Source: Pseudomonadales bacterium (GTDB lineage: Bacteria; Pseudomonadota; Gammaproteobacteria; Pseudomonadales; Oceanobacteraceae). Taken from it: DNA of 64,000 nucleotides. Shown here in pieces: positions 17,834 through 27,361 of this stretch. The notes under the pieces were generated by a model. That model did no database searches and was not told where the DNA came from. It saw nothing but the letters and a program-made list of their open reading frames with translations. Every line of letters starts with the position of its first letter. The first letter of the stretch is position 1. The stretch spans positions 877,846 through 941,845 of the forward strand of contig OY821639.1 of NCBI GenBank assembly GCA_963682115.1, in the 5' to 3' direction. Made by a program: the position numbers and the translations under genes.

Positions 17834-19548
17834 CAGTTGCCCCCGTCATCCAGCGTGGCGGAAACACGGAATACTTCATCCAGAGAGGTGACTCCGGCAC
17901 GGGCATAATCCAGTGCACACAGTGCCAGTGAACGGAATCCGCCCTGCCGTTCCGCCTGTTCAGAAAATGCCTGCAGATCATCACGGCGCATGGCAGCCAC
18001 CAGCTCTGGCGTCATTTCCAGCAGTTCATAAACACCAACACGGCCGTTATACCCGGTATTGTGACAATGGTGACAACCATGAGCGGCCTGATAAGAGGAA
18101 TTGCCGGCGCCCGTTTCCAGAGTTTCCAGCCACAGCCTTTCCTGCGCGGATGGCTGCTGCTCCTGACGGCAGTGCGGACAGAGTTTCTTCACCAGCCGCT
18201 GCGCCACAATGGCCCGCAGCGAAGACGCAACCAGATAACGGTCAACGCCCATATCCAGCAGCCTTGCCACACTGGAGATGGCATCATTGGTATGCAGGGT
18301 GGACAGCACCATATGGCCGGTCATGGCTGCGCGCAGACCAATTTCAGCGGTCTCGTGGTCACGCATTTCCCCGACCAGAATAATATCCGGGTCCTGACGC
18401 ACGGCCGCGCGCAACACCGTAGCAAACTCCAGTCCGACCCTGGGATTAACCTGCACCTGATTGACCCGCGGCAGCCGGTATTCAATCGGGTCTTCGGCGG
18501 TAATAATCTTCTTTTCCGGCTGGTTCAGCAGCGCTAAGGCGGCGTACAGCGAGGTGGTTTTACCACTGCCGGTCGGGCCGGTCACCAGCACCAGTCCATG
18601 CGGACGGTGAATTAAATATTCAAAGCGCTGCTGCAGGGCTTCCGGCATCCCCAGTCTGTGCAATTCAAGAATACCGGCACTCTGATCCAGCAGACGCATC
18701 ACCACCGACTCGCCGAACTGAACCGGCATGGTCGACAGTCGTACGTCGATATTTTTATGCAGCACGCGGATATTAAAACGGCCATCCTGCGGCAGACGTT
18801 TTTCTGAAATATCCAGCCCGGACATAATCTTCAGGCGCGACACCAGCGCCGACGCCACCCGCCGCTCTTTCATCACCTGTTCCTGCAGCTCGCCATCCAC
18901 CCGCAGGCGGATACGCAACTGATTTTCTTCCGGCTCAATGTGAATATCGGATGCTTTAATCTGCACAGCATCTTCAAACAGGCTCTGCAGCAGGCGGACA
19001 ACCGGCGCTTCATTCACATCCGATGACAGCGCCATTTCATCAATATCAAACTCGCTGCCACGCAGTTCACCTTCCAGCTCACCGGCTATGGTCGCCATCT
19101 GTTCCTGCCGGCGGTACATGGCATCCAGAATGGTGAGCAACTCAGACTCGCGCACAAAAGCGGGATAGACGGTGGTTTTCAGAATCCGCTGCAGATCGTC
19201 AATTGCCATCAGGTCGGTAGGATCTGACATCCCCACCAGCAGGCCATTTCTTTCTTCTGATAAACCAATGGCACGGTAACGACGGGCATGTGTTTCCGGC
19301 AGACGCAGCACCAGCTGCTGATTGATGCGGAAGCGGCTCAGATCAATAAAAGGGTAATTGAAATAATCGGCCAGCGTGCGCAGCATTTCATCTTCACGGA
19401 CGAAGCCCAGATCAGTAATTGCACGGCCAAGTTTTTTACCGGTTTTTTTCTGCTCTGTCAGTGCCTGCAGCAGCTGATCTTCAGTAATCAGCCCTTTCTC
19501 CTGCAGAAGGTCACCAACACGGACTTTTTTGCGCTGCGGAGTTTCCAC
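17833..19548 (-). CDS. mshE: MSHA extension ATPase MshE (GspE/PilB family) with an N-terminal c-di-GMP-binding MshEN domain
   Basis: 571 aa. It has Walker A GPTGSGKTT, Asp/His boxes, a tetracysteine motif (CPHC...CHHC), and an N-terminal tandem RxGxxLLxxGLIxxxxLxxxLxxQ motif. Confidence 0.9.
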   Translation of the reverse strand: METPQRKKVRVGDLLQEKGLITEDQLLQALTEQKKTGKKLGRAITDLGFVREDEMLRTLADYFNYPFIDLSRFRINQQLVLRLPETHARRYRAIGLSEERNGLLVGMSDPTDLMAIDDLQRILKTTVYPAFVRESELLTILDAMYRRQEQMATIAGELEGELRGSEFDIDEMALSSDVNEAPVVRLLQSLFEDAVQIKASDIHIEPEENQLRIRLRVDGELQEQVMKERRVASALVSRLKIMSGLDISEKRLPQDGRFNIRVLHKNIDVRLSTMPVQFGESVVMRLLDQSAGILELHRLGMPEALQQRFEYLIHRPHGLVLVTGPTGSGKTTSLYAALALLNQPEKKIITAEDPIEYRLPRVNQVQVNPRVGLEFATVLRAAVRQDPDIILVGEMRDHETAEIGLRAAMTGHMVLSTLHTNDAISSVARLLDMGVDRYLVASSLRAIVAQRLVKKLCPHCRQEQQPSAQERLWLETLETGAGNSSYQAAHGCHHCHNTGYNGRVGVYELLEMTPELVAAMRRDDLQAFSEQAERQGGFRSLALCALDYARAGVTSLDEVFRVSATLDDGGN

Positions 19549-19551
19549 CTG

Positions 19552-20478
19552 TTACCTCAACTGCTGTATTTTGCCGGCCACCCAACGCCGTTGCTCCGGC
19601 GTCAGCGAATAATGCATCAGGGTATTTTCCAGCACTGAACGCGCCGGTAACGGCTTGCCCTGAGCTTCCCACGCTGTTGCCAGTGCCAGCGGCCAGTTGG
19701 TTACCCCCGGCTGTAATACGATCAGCTGCTGATAGGGCACCACCGCATCGGCGGCATACCCCAGCATATGCAGACCCGGGGCCGCCACGGCCAGCCAGTG
19801 TTCGTTGTTATCGCTGCGGTGTACGCGGTAATAATCGACAAAGGCCTGACGATCTGACTGTTCCAGCAGGATGCGTAATTTCAGGGTGCGGTAGTCGGGC
19901 GCAGAATTCAGTGCCAGAGCCTGATCTACCGCAATCAAAGCCTGATCCGCCTGCCCGTTCTGCAGTGCTGTCAGCGCGCTGAGGTACTTCTGTTGCGCAT
20001 CGGAATGACGGCGTATCACTCTGGCTGCCGGGGCGGCTTCAGAATGGTCTGCTGTGTCTGCAGTAAAAGCTTTCACCGGTGCCGGTGGCTCAGCCAGGCG
20101 TTGTTCAGCCACGACCTGTGACTGTGTGTCCGGGGCCGCTGAGACCTCCGCCACTGGCGGCCGTTTTTCCGTGGCCACCGTCAGTGCTTCAGCCTGCGTT
20201 ACCACCTTGTTTTCAGCCACCTTATTTTCAACCACCTGCGGCACTACTGCCGCGGTCTCTGCGCTGCTGACCAGCGCTGGCTTAACCACGCCCTGCGGCA
20301 GTCCGGGCCGCTGCATCAGCACAAAGGCAACAAACAGTACGAGCACAACCAATGCCGCCAGAACAGTCAGTAAGGGGAAGCGACGGCTCTGCTCCGCTGG
20401 TGCCGACAAAGCACCCGGTAACACCGCCACCGGCTCGCGGCGGTCAATATCCTGCAGCACCTGATGCAACAGACTCAT
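19552..20478 (-). CDS. mshN: MSHA biogenesis protein MshN-like (TPR-containing)
   Basis: Start trimmed to MSLLHQVLQDIDRRE (ATGA overlap with mshM). It has one TM helix, a repeat-rich linker (VVENKVAENKVV) and a C-terminal TPR-like region. Confidence 0.7.
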   Translation of the reverse strand: MSLLHQVLQDIDRREPVAVLPGALSAPAEQSRRFPLLTVLAALVVLVLFVAFVLMQRPGLPQGVVKPALVSSAETAAVVPQVVENKVAENKVVTQAEALTVATEKRPPVAEVSAAPDTQSQVVAEQRLAEPPAPVKAFTADTADHSEAAPAARVIRRHSDAQQKYLSALTALQNGQADQALIAVDQALALNSAPDYRTLKLRILLEQSDRQAFVDYYRVHRSDNNEHWLAVAAPGLHMLGYAADAVVPYQQLIVLQPGVTNWPLALATAWEAQGKPLPARSVLENTLMHYSLTPEQRRWVAGKIQQLR

Positions 20479-21383
20479 AACACCACCAGCATGAAGGCGC
20501 CGGCAATGGCCAGACAATGCCAGAGCAGCGACGATGACGGCATCAGCATCGCACCTTCGGTATCAGCCACCGCCCGCAGCACATGCGCTTCATCCAGCTC
20601 ATGACTGCCGGCACCGTAGCCGGCCAGCAGACTTTTGGCCGCCAGTACATTAATCAGACGCGGTATGCCGCCACTGGCCTGCCACAATATTTTCAGCGCC
20701 GCCGGACGGAACAGCGGCATGCCCCGGTAACCGGCGAGGGTCAGACGCTGCTGCAGATACACCGCCAGTGCTTCGCGGTTGGCCAGCGGCTGCAGCTGCG
20801 CAGAATACGTGATTCGCTGCCGTAGCTGGCGCAGCTCCGGCGACGCCAGCATGCGGTCCAGTTCGGGCTGGCCAAACAAAACGATCTGCAGCAGTTTCTG
20901 GCGTTCAGTTTCAAGATTGGAAATCAGCCGCAGGGCCTCCAGGGTTGCCTGTGGCATGCACTGGGCTTCGTCAATAATCAGCACCAGCGGGCGGCCGGCA
21001 GAAGCCATATTCAACAGGCATTCCTGTACATGGCCCGGCACCTGACTGTCACTCAGATGACTGTCATCAATTCCCAGTTCGCGCGCCAGCACCCGCCACA
21101 AAGCGGTCTGACTCAGATCCGGATTGGGAATATAGGCCGTCGGTACCCGCATGGCCGCCAGGGTATTTAACAGACGGCGGCATAACAGGGTTTTACCTGT
21201 CCCTACCTCGCCGCTGATTTTGACAAAACCCTCGCCCGACGACAGCGCAAACATCAGGGTATCAAAGGCTTCTTTCTGACTGGGCAAATCGACATAAAAG
21301 CCGGTATCCGGCGTCAGTCCGAACGCTGGCTGACTCAGCCCGTAAAACTGTTCACAGGCATGCTTCAGTTCAGTCAGCTGCAT
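20475..21383 (-). CDS. mshM: MSHA biogenesis ATPase MshM (ExeA-like AAA)
   Basis: 302 aa with Walker A GEVGTGKT and Walker B LVLIIDEAQ, showing ExeA/MshM collinearity. Confidence 0.8.
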   Translation of the reverse strand: MQLTELKHACEQFYGLSQPAFGLTPDTGFYVDLPSQKEAFDTLMFALSSGEGFVKISGEVGTGKTLLCRRLLNTLAAMRVPTAYIPNPDLSQTALWRVLARELGIDDSHLSDSQVPGHVQECLLNMASAGRPLVLIIDEAQCMPQATLEALRLISNLETERQKLLQIVLFGQPELDRMLASPELRQLRQRITYSAQLQPLANREALAVYLQQRLTLAGYRGMPLFRPAALKILWQASGGIPRLINVLAAKSLLAGYGAGSHELDEAHVLRAVADTEGAMLMPSSSLLWHCLAIAGAFMLVVL

Positions 21384-23034
21384 AGTCTCTCCAGGCAGGC
21401 AGTGCCTGAGAATAGCGTTTATTCAGCGCATCGACCTGCTCGTCGTTCAGGGCGGTATCAATAATCCGTGGCTGAATCAGAATCACCAGTTCACTCTGCA
21501 CCGCTTCTTCCCGTTTCTGCGAGAAAAACCAGCCCAGCAACGGAATTTTGCTCAGCCCCGGCACCCCGGCTTCGGTCACGATTTTGCTGTTTTTCATCAG
21601 ACCACCAATAACCACCACCTGACCGGAACGGGCACGGATAATCGAATCGGTTTCACGGACCGAGCTGTAAGCCAGTGGCAGGGTGTAATCGTCATCGTTC
21701 AGCTGAATGGTTTTCTGCTTTTCTTCCACTTCCGTGACCGTCGGATGCACATGCAGGGTGACTTCCTGGTTATCACCAACCTGAGGGGTCACATCCAGCG
21801 CGATACCGGAAAAGAACGGTGTCAGTTCAATATCCGGGGTATCACTGGTGGTGGTGGTGGTGGATGTCGTGGTGGTGCTGACATCGGTAACAAAGAATTC
21901 ATCGGTGCCGACTTTGATCACGGCTTTCTGATTATTAACCGTGGCAATCCGCGGGCTGGACAGCACCCGCACATCCCCCTGCGTCTTCAGCAGCTGCAGT
22001 GCTCCGGTAAAATCCCCGAGAGAAAAATTGGCGGTAAAAATACCTTCAATCAGATCCGGGTTTTCCAGGGCGGCAGAAGACAGGTCGGTACCGACCCGAT
22101 AATCACTGCCGCGGTAATTTTTTCCGCCCAGAGCCGTCCAGTTAATCCCTGACTGGAAACCATCGCTCAGTGTGACTTCAACAATTTTGGCCTCAATCAG
22201 CACCTGTTTCTGCACACTCAGTTCAGCCCGTTCGAGATAATCCCCGACCGATGCCAGCGTGGCCGGCATGGCTTTGACAATGACGATACCGGCATGAGGG
22301 TCGACCACCACGCTGGCATCCGGCTCATGGCCGACCATCAGTTCCAGTGTCTGTTTCAGGCTGTGCCAGAAATCGGTAATGGATTCCGTTTCAACCTGAC
22401 TGCTGGCCGCGGTTCTGGATGACGTACCTGAGCTGGAAGTCACCGAATTACCGGCCGATTTTTTTGACACTTCCTGGGTGAAGGTCACTTGTCCGCTGCT
22501 GACCCGCATCCCGGACAGACCGGAACGTTTTACGTTCAGGTAATTGATAGGAAAAATCCGGGTCTGCTGACGACTGGGCAGAATCTGAATACCGTAGGGC
22601 GAGCGGATAAAATCAAAGCCGTAAAGGTCACGCACTGCCTGCAGGGTTTCCAGCAGTGTCACCTGTTTCAGGTTCAGGCTGATATTGCCCTGCACCTGTG
22701 GATGCACGACCAGATTATTGTCAGTGCCGTCGACCAGGCTGTTAAAAAATGTCGCCGCCGGCACTTCACCGGCAATCACATCAAAACGGTCTTCGGTCTT
22801 TTTCTGCGGCTGCAGCGGCGGCAACAGGCTGGTCAGATCCAGCGCCTGTGGAGCGGCCGCCTGTGGCGGTGGCTCGGTGGCCAGCAGCGGCGTTGGGGTT
22901 GTTTCCTGTTTTTGTGCCGTAGTAGTGGCGCAACCGGACAGCAGCGGCAGAATGCAGATAACGCCTGCCAGCCAGAGACGGAAAGCTGAAATAAAGCTGA
23001 AATGACGGATAGCTGAGCTGAACAAAATAAACAC
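21370..23034 (-). CDS. mshL: MSHA secretin MshL (GspD/PilQ family)
   Basis: 554 aa with lipoprotein-type signal LPLLSGC. The C-terminal secretin core reads ...VLSSPRIATVNNQKAVIKVG...GGLM...VPGLSKIPLLGWFF. Confidence 0.85.
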   Translation of the reverse strand: MFILFSSAIRHFSFISAFRLWLAGVICILPLLSGCATTTAQKQETTPTPLLATEPPPQAAAPQALDLTSLLPPLQPQKKTEDRFDVIAGEVPAATFFNSLVDGTDNNLVVHPQVQGNISLNLKQVTLLETLQAVRDLYGFDFIRSPYGIQILPSRQQTRIFPINYLNVKRSGLSGMRVSSGQVTFTQEVSKKSAGNSVTSSSGTSSRTAASSQVETESITDFWHSLKQTLELMVGHEPDASVVVDPHAGIVIVKAMPATLASVGDYLERAELSVQKQVLIEAKIVEVTLSDGFQSGINWTALGGKNYRGSDYRVGTDLSSAALENPDLIEGIFTANFSLGDFTGALQLLKTQGDVRVLSSPRIATVNNQKAVIKVGTDEFFVTDVSTTTTSTTTTTSDTPDIELTPFFSGIALDVTPQVGDNQEVTLHVHPTVTEVEEKQKTIQLNDDDYTLPLAYSSVRETDSIIRARSGQVVVIGGLMKNSKIVTEAGVPGLSKIPLLGWFFSQKREEAVQSELVILIQPRIIDTALNDEQVDALNKRYSQALPAWRDYAAD

Positions 23035-23364
23035 CTATTGCGCCTTTTGCCGTGTATCTGTAAGTAAAGACAGTTCCTGCGTTTTCTGCCCGATTTTTAT
23101 CAGCACGCGGCCGGGTTTAATATCCACAATCCGGGCATTGCCGATAACATCACCTTTGCGCAGCAGACGGTTGTTAATCACGGCACTGCCATTGCCATTG
23201 CGGAAACTGACCTGCTGCAGCTGCAGCGGCTCCTGCGCTTCACGGGGCAGCGGCGCAGCAGACATCCAGCCCGGTGGTTTCATCGGATCGCCGGCCTGTG
23301 CCGCAGCCGGTATCAGCAGCGCCCCTGACAGGGCCCACACACATAACTTATTCACCGCCCACAA
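23035..23364 (-). CDS. mshK: MSHA biogenesis protein MshK-like
   Basis: 109 aa secreted protein lying between mshJ and mshL. Confidence 0.6.
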   Translation of the reverse strand: MWAVNKLCVWALSGALLIPAAAQAGDPMKPPGWMSAAPLPREAQEPLQLQQVSFRNGNGSAVINNRLLRKGDVIGNARIVDIKPGRVLIKIGQKTQELSLLTDTRQKAQ

Positions 23365-24022
23365 CCTCCTGCTGACGGCTCAGCGTCGATACCTGAAACG
23401 TAAGATCGCCCTGAGGATAACGGCTGACATCAAACGTCAGCTGCTCCCAGCCAATCACCCAGGGCAACTGATCAAGGGAACGCAGATAACTCACCACGCC
23501 CTGATAACTGCCGCGCATACTGACCTGCAGGCTGTGCCGGAACAGCTGCACATCATCGTAGCTTTCACCCAGTTCAACCCGCCGTGCCGGCAGGCTGACC
23601 AGTGACACCGGCTGCAGCCCCTGCTGCTGTGCCAGTACCGGCTCCAGCAGCGCGGTCATCTGTGCCGGCGACACCAGCGCACTGGTCAGCATAGCGATGC
23701 GTTCATCCAGCAAAGTCTGCCGTGCGCTCAGCTGCGCCAGTTCATCCCTTAATGACTGGTTCGGGTCCTGCAACTGTTGTTGCTGCAGCAACTGCAGTTC
23801 GCTCTGCAACTGCTGATTGGCAGCCTGCAGTGCCTGCTGTTCCTGCCATTGCTGAGCGGTGCTGCGCCACAGCGGCTGGGCCAGCAGCAGAATCACCAGC
23901 CCCACCAGCAGCAGATTCAGCGTCAGCCGGGTCAGTAACTGTTCGCGCACAGACATGGCCTGATAACCGGCGATCATTTTTTTTGGCAGCGGCGCCCGCC
24001 ACCAGTAACGCAGTGATTTCAC
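23348..24022 (-). CDS. mshJ: MSHA biogenesis protein MshJ-like (PilO-like)
   Basis: 224 aa with one TM helix followed by a coiled coil (QQLQSELQLLQQQQLQ), a PilO-like topology. Confidence 0.7.
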   Translation of the reverse strand: MKSLRYWWRAPLPKKMIAGYQAMSVREQLLTRLTLNLLLVGLVILLLAQPLWRSTAQQWQEQQALQAANQQLQSELQLLQQQQLQDPNQSLRDELAQLSARQTLLDERIAMLTSALVSPAQMTALLEPVLAQQQGLQPVSLVSLPARRVELGESYDDVQLFRHSLQVSMRGSYQGVVSYLRSLDQLPWVIGWEQLTFDVSRYPQGDLTFQVSTLSRQQEVVGGE

Positions 24023-24666
24023 CGGCGCCCCCCCATAGCAACAGAAGAGGAAGCAGCATCGGCCGGCGGACGGGTATCGAGCCGGAACATCAGCCAGGAC
24101 TGACCTTCCACTTCATTCAGGTCAATCTGACGGAAAGCACGCTGGCGGTAAGCCGGCTGCGCCACCAGCGTGGCGATATACGGTGAGATCTGCTGTGCCT
24201 GACGCACATAGCCACGCAGCTCGATATTGCTGCCGCGGTCAAACAGCGAAAAACCGGACAGCCAGATATTGTCGTTATTCACGTCAGCCAGCTGAGCAAC
24301 CAGTGGCGTAAAAGACGCCCGTTCGCCGATATTTTCCTGACTCAGATAGGTCAGCACGCGCTGACTGTTCTGCACACCGGCCCGCAGCCTTTCAACCTGG
24401 TTCTGCAGTTGCTCATCAGGGGTCAGTGGTGGCAGCCGGGATTTTTCATGCAGCAGTTGTTGTTGCAGCTCAGCGCCGGCAGCGCTCAGAGTCTGTGTCT
24501 GATACACCGCCCAACGCTGCCCGCCGAACAGCAGCAGAGTCAGCAGCAGCGCGGCCAGTGCCGACAGTAGCAGCTGATTGAGCAGACGGCGGATATCGGC
24601 CGGCAGCGTCGGTGGACGGAATTCCCCGGTATAGAAATTAATCCGCTGGCGGATTTCACGACTCAT
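24019..24666 (-). CDS. MshI C-terminal-half-like protein (PilN-like)
   Basis: 215 aa. The segment INFYTGEFRPP followed by a TM helix is PilN/MshI-like. It is a separate ORF overlapping its neighbours by 4 nt. Confidence 0.6.
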   Translation of the reverse strand: MSREIRQRINFYTGEFRPPTLPADIRRLLNQLLLSALAALLLTLLLFGGQRWAVYQTQTLSAAGAELQQQLLHEKSRLPPLTPDEQLQNQVERLRAGVQNSQRVLTYLSQENIGERASFTPLVAQLADVNNDNIWLSGFSLFDRGSNIELRGYVRQAQQISPYIATLVAQPAYRQRAFRQIDLNEVEGQSWLMFRLDTRPPADAASSSVAMGGRR

Positions 24667-25610
24667 CGCAGTGCCTCCCTGCTCAGCGCACTGCCCAGCG
24701 CCGTCACCGCCGAGGCGGTCAGGGGCTGTTCATGACCGCCGGTCAGTACTGCGGCCGAAAAGCGGCGCACCGGCACATTAATACTCTGCTCCAGCGGCGG
24801 CAGGAAACCGTTGTCCTGAATATCGGCGTCGTCCGGGGTCAGCACCCAGATTTCACCAACCATACCCATGCCCAGCTGGCTGTCGAAATAATCCAGCGAG
24901 CGCTGTACTTCCAGTGCCAGCGTTTCAATATGCTGGCTGTTATCCAGCGTCAGACCGGTATCCGCCGTGTCCGCCTTCAGCTGCTGCGCACCGATATTCA
25001 GATGCCGGGTCAGATACAGGGCGCCGTCGCGGTAGAGATAGATCATGCCGTCAGTGGCATCCAGGCGCAGAACACCGACCGCCTGTTCAGGAGCCATTGC
25101 GCTTATCAGAGACAGCAGACTGAGTTCGGGAATCGTGATGGAGTCGAGCACCAGACCGGTATGCCGGCACCAGCTGACCAGTTCACGGATAACCGTGCGG
25201 GCCACCACGGTGGCAAAAACCATATCCATACGGCCACGGTAGGCATCCGGCGGCATACGGAAACCCTGTATCAGCGCGTCATCAGGCGCAATACTGATCA
25301 GGTCGCCGATACGGAAACGCAGGGCATCGTTGAGCTCATCATCGCTGACCGGCGGGGCTTCCACCAGATGCAGTTCGTAATCCAGCCGGTCCAGGGAGAT
25401 CACCGCCGGCACGCCCTGCAGCTGTTTTCTGCTCAGCCATTGTTCCAGCCCGGCCAACCCCTGTTCCCCGTCTGCCGGCGAATAACTGTCCGTTACGGAC
25501 TCGCCGGACCAGAGTACGGCATAGGCCTGACCGTGGTGCAGCTCAATTCCCAGACAGCGTGTATCCCGCACCTGACGGCGGGCGGATAATGTTTGCCAGG
25601 GCCAGCCCAT
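24663..25610 (-). CDS. mshI: MshI N-terminal-half-like protein (PilM/actin-like ATPase fold)
   Basis: 315 aa and the first gene of the msh cluster. Assignment rests on PilM-like length and position. Confidence 0.6.
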   Translation of the reverse strand: MGWPWQTLSARRQVRDTRCLGIELHHGQAYAVLWSGESVTDSYSPADGEQGLAGLEQWLSRKQLQGVPAVISLDRLDYELHLVEAPPVSDDELNDALRFRIGDLISIAPDDALIQGFRMPPDAYRGRMDMVFATVVARTVIRELVSWCRHTGLVLDSITIPELSLLSLISAMAPEQAVGVLRLDATDGMIYLYRDGALYLTRHLNIGAQQLKADTADTGLTLDNSQHIETLALEVQRSLDYFDSQLGMGMVGEIWVLTPDDADIQDNGFLPPLEQSINVPVRRFSAAVLTGGHEQPLTASAVTALGSALSREALR

Positions 25611-25744
25611 GTAACCTCACTCCGGTGAAAGACATTACAGGGAAAGTGTAGACCATGAATCTGTCGCAGGATGACCAGGTTATAAAATTCGTCTGCCTGA
25701 CTGGCAAACCGTTATAATGAGCTGGCCAAGTCAGTGAGCCCGCT

Positions 25745-26209
25745 ATGTTCAATATTGTTCTGTTCGAACCCGAAATCCCGCCCAATACCGGCAATATTAT
25801 CCGCCTGTGTGCCAACACCGGCTGCCGCCTGCACCTGATTGAACCGCTGGGTTTCAGCATGGAAGAAAAGGCTCTGCGCCGGGCCGGGCTGGATTACAGC
25901 GAGTGGGCCAGTGTCGTGATCCACCCTGATTACGCAACATTTCTGCAGGCTGAGCAGCCGCAGCGCCTGTTTGCCCTGACCACCAAAGGTTCGGTCACCC
26001 ATTCGGATGCCTGCTTTCAGGCCGGTGATTATCTGATGTTCGGACCGGAGACCCGCGGCCTGCCGGAGGATGTGCGCGCTGCAATCCCGCAGGAACGCTG
26101 GCTGCGTCTGCCGATGATGCCGCATTCACGCAGTATGAATCTGTCCAATGCGGTGGCCGTGATGGTGTATGAAGCCTGGCGGCAGATGGGATATAAGGGA
26201 GGAAGCTGA
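25745..26209 (+). CDS. trmL: tRNA (cytidine/uridine-34 2'-O)-methyltransferase TrmL
   Basis: 154 aa SPOUT protein. [26 protein letters not shown]...[10 protein letters not shown]...[10 protein letters not shown]. Confidence 0.9.
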   Translation: MFNIVLFEPEIPPNTGNIIRLCANTGCRLHLIEPLGFSMEEKALRRAGLDYSEWASVVIHPDYATFLQAEQPQRLFALTTKGSVTHSDACFQAGDYLMFGPETRGLPEDVRAAIPQERWLRLPMMPHSRSMNLSNAVAVMVYEAWRQMGYKGGS

Positions 26210-26251
26210 CGGCAGCCAGCTATGACTGGCCACCGCGGGGGCACAGATAAC

Positions 26252-26722
26252 TCAGTGAGTCGGCTGTTGTTCGCCCTGCTCTTCAGCCGCTTTGGCTTCC
26301 TGCGCCAGGCGCTGCTGATACAGAGCATCAAAGTTGATGGGTGCCAGCATCAGTGCCGGGAAACCGCCTTTGACCACCATCGCATCCACACTTTCACGCA
26401 GATACGGGAACAGGATATTCGGGCACATGGCTCCGAGCATCGGCTTCAGCTGCTGTTCCGGAATATTGGCCATGGCAAACAGACCGGCCTGTACCAGCTC
26501 CACCAGGAAACCGGTTTCGCCATCATTGCTGGCCGTTACCGTTACCTTGATGAATACCTCATAGTGGTTATCATCCACTTTGCGGGCACCACTGTTCAGG
26601 TCCAGCTTGATTTCCGGCTTCCACTCTTTGGTGAAAACTTTCGGTGTGTTCGGCGCTTCAAATGAAGAGTCTTTGATATAAATACGCTGCAGCGCGAACT
26701 GCGGTTGTTGATTCTCAGCCAT
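26252..26722 (-). CDS. secB: Protein-export chaperone SecB
   Basis: 156 aa. FALQRIYIKDSSFEAPN...CPNILFPYLRE is collinear with SecB, including the acidic tail. Confidence 0.9.
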   Translation of the reverse strand: MAENQQPQFALQRIYIKDSSFEAPNTPKVFTKEWKPEIKLDLNSGARKVDDNHYEVFIKVTVTASNDGETGFLVELVQAGLFAMANIPEQQLKPMLGAMCPNILFPYLRESVDAMVVKGGFPALMLAPINFDALYQQRLAQEAKAAEEQGEQQPTH

Positions 26723-26747
26723 TGTTATTTCCCGTTAAAACCGGTGA

Positions 26748-27161
26748 TCAGCCACGGATCACCGGAAGATTCTGACTATTCCACTCCATCATGCCGCCGG
26801 TCAGACGCACAGCATTGAAGCCCTTCTCGCTCAGCATTTTGCCGGCAACTTTCACCGTCTGGCCGGTTTTACAGACCAGAATGATCGGATGCTCTTTGTA
26901 CTTATCCAGTTCGCCCATACGGCTGGCCAGATTGGCGTAAGGAATGTTGACTGCGTTAGCCAGATGGCCTGCACTGAAATCCTTTTTATCCCGGATATCC
27001 AGTACCACAGCGTCGTCCCGGTTAATCAGCAGCGTGGCTTCAGACGGTGACACCGACTGCCCGCTGCGGCGGCTGTTATCCCACAGGAATGCCGCCAGGA
27101 AAGCGCCCCAGATTCCCACCAGCCACCAGTGATTGCCCACGAATTCAAACAGATGATCCAT
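26748..27161 (-). CDS. Membrane-anchored rhodanese-like protein (YibN-like)
   Basis: 137 aa with an N-terminal TM helix and a rhodanese active-site loop CKTGQT. It sits upstream of secB, as yibN does in E. coli. Confidence 0.75.
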   Translation of the reverse strand: MDHLFEFVGNHWWLVGIWGAFLAAFLWDNSRRSGQSVSPSEATLLINRDDAVVLDIRDKKDFSAGHLANAVNIPYANLASRMGELDKYKEHPIILVCKTGQTVKVAGKMLSEKGFNAVRLTGGMMEWNSQNLPVIRG

Positions 27162-27361
27162 AACTACTCAACATCGGTCGGTTGCAAGAAGGCGGCAGTA
27201 TACCGCCTGCCTGCCGGAGGAACCACCGCCCCGGGCGCTCCCGCTGCTGACTATCGACCTGTGAGTAAAAATCAATCAGTCAGGCCGCAGCTGAGGGCGA
27301 CGCCGGCCCCGGGCTTCGGTTACAATAAGTCCGTCAAAGTAATAATTCTGAGTTCGTTTTA

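Noticed and set aside
19552-20517. Repetitive VVENKVAENKVV / Ala-Pro-Val-rich stretch in MshN as a separate repeat feature
   Set aside because: It is a low-complexity linker within a coding region, typical of periplasmic spacer segments, and not an independent DNA repeat element.
24732-25589. 285-aa plus-strand ORF
   Set aside because: It is antisense to the PilM-like mshI gene, which fits the operon by 4-nt overlaps with its neighbours. I recognise no motifs, so I treat it as a shadow ORF.
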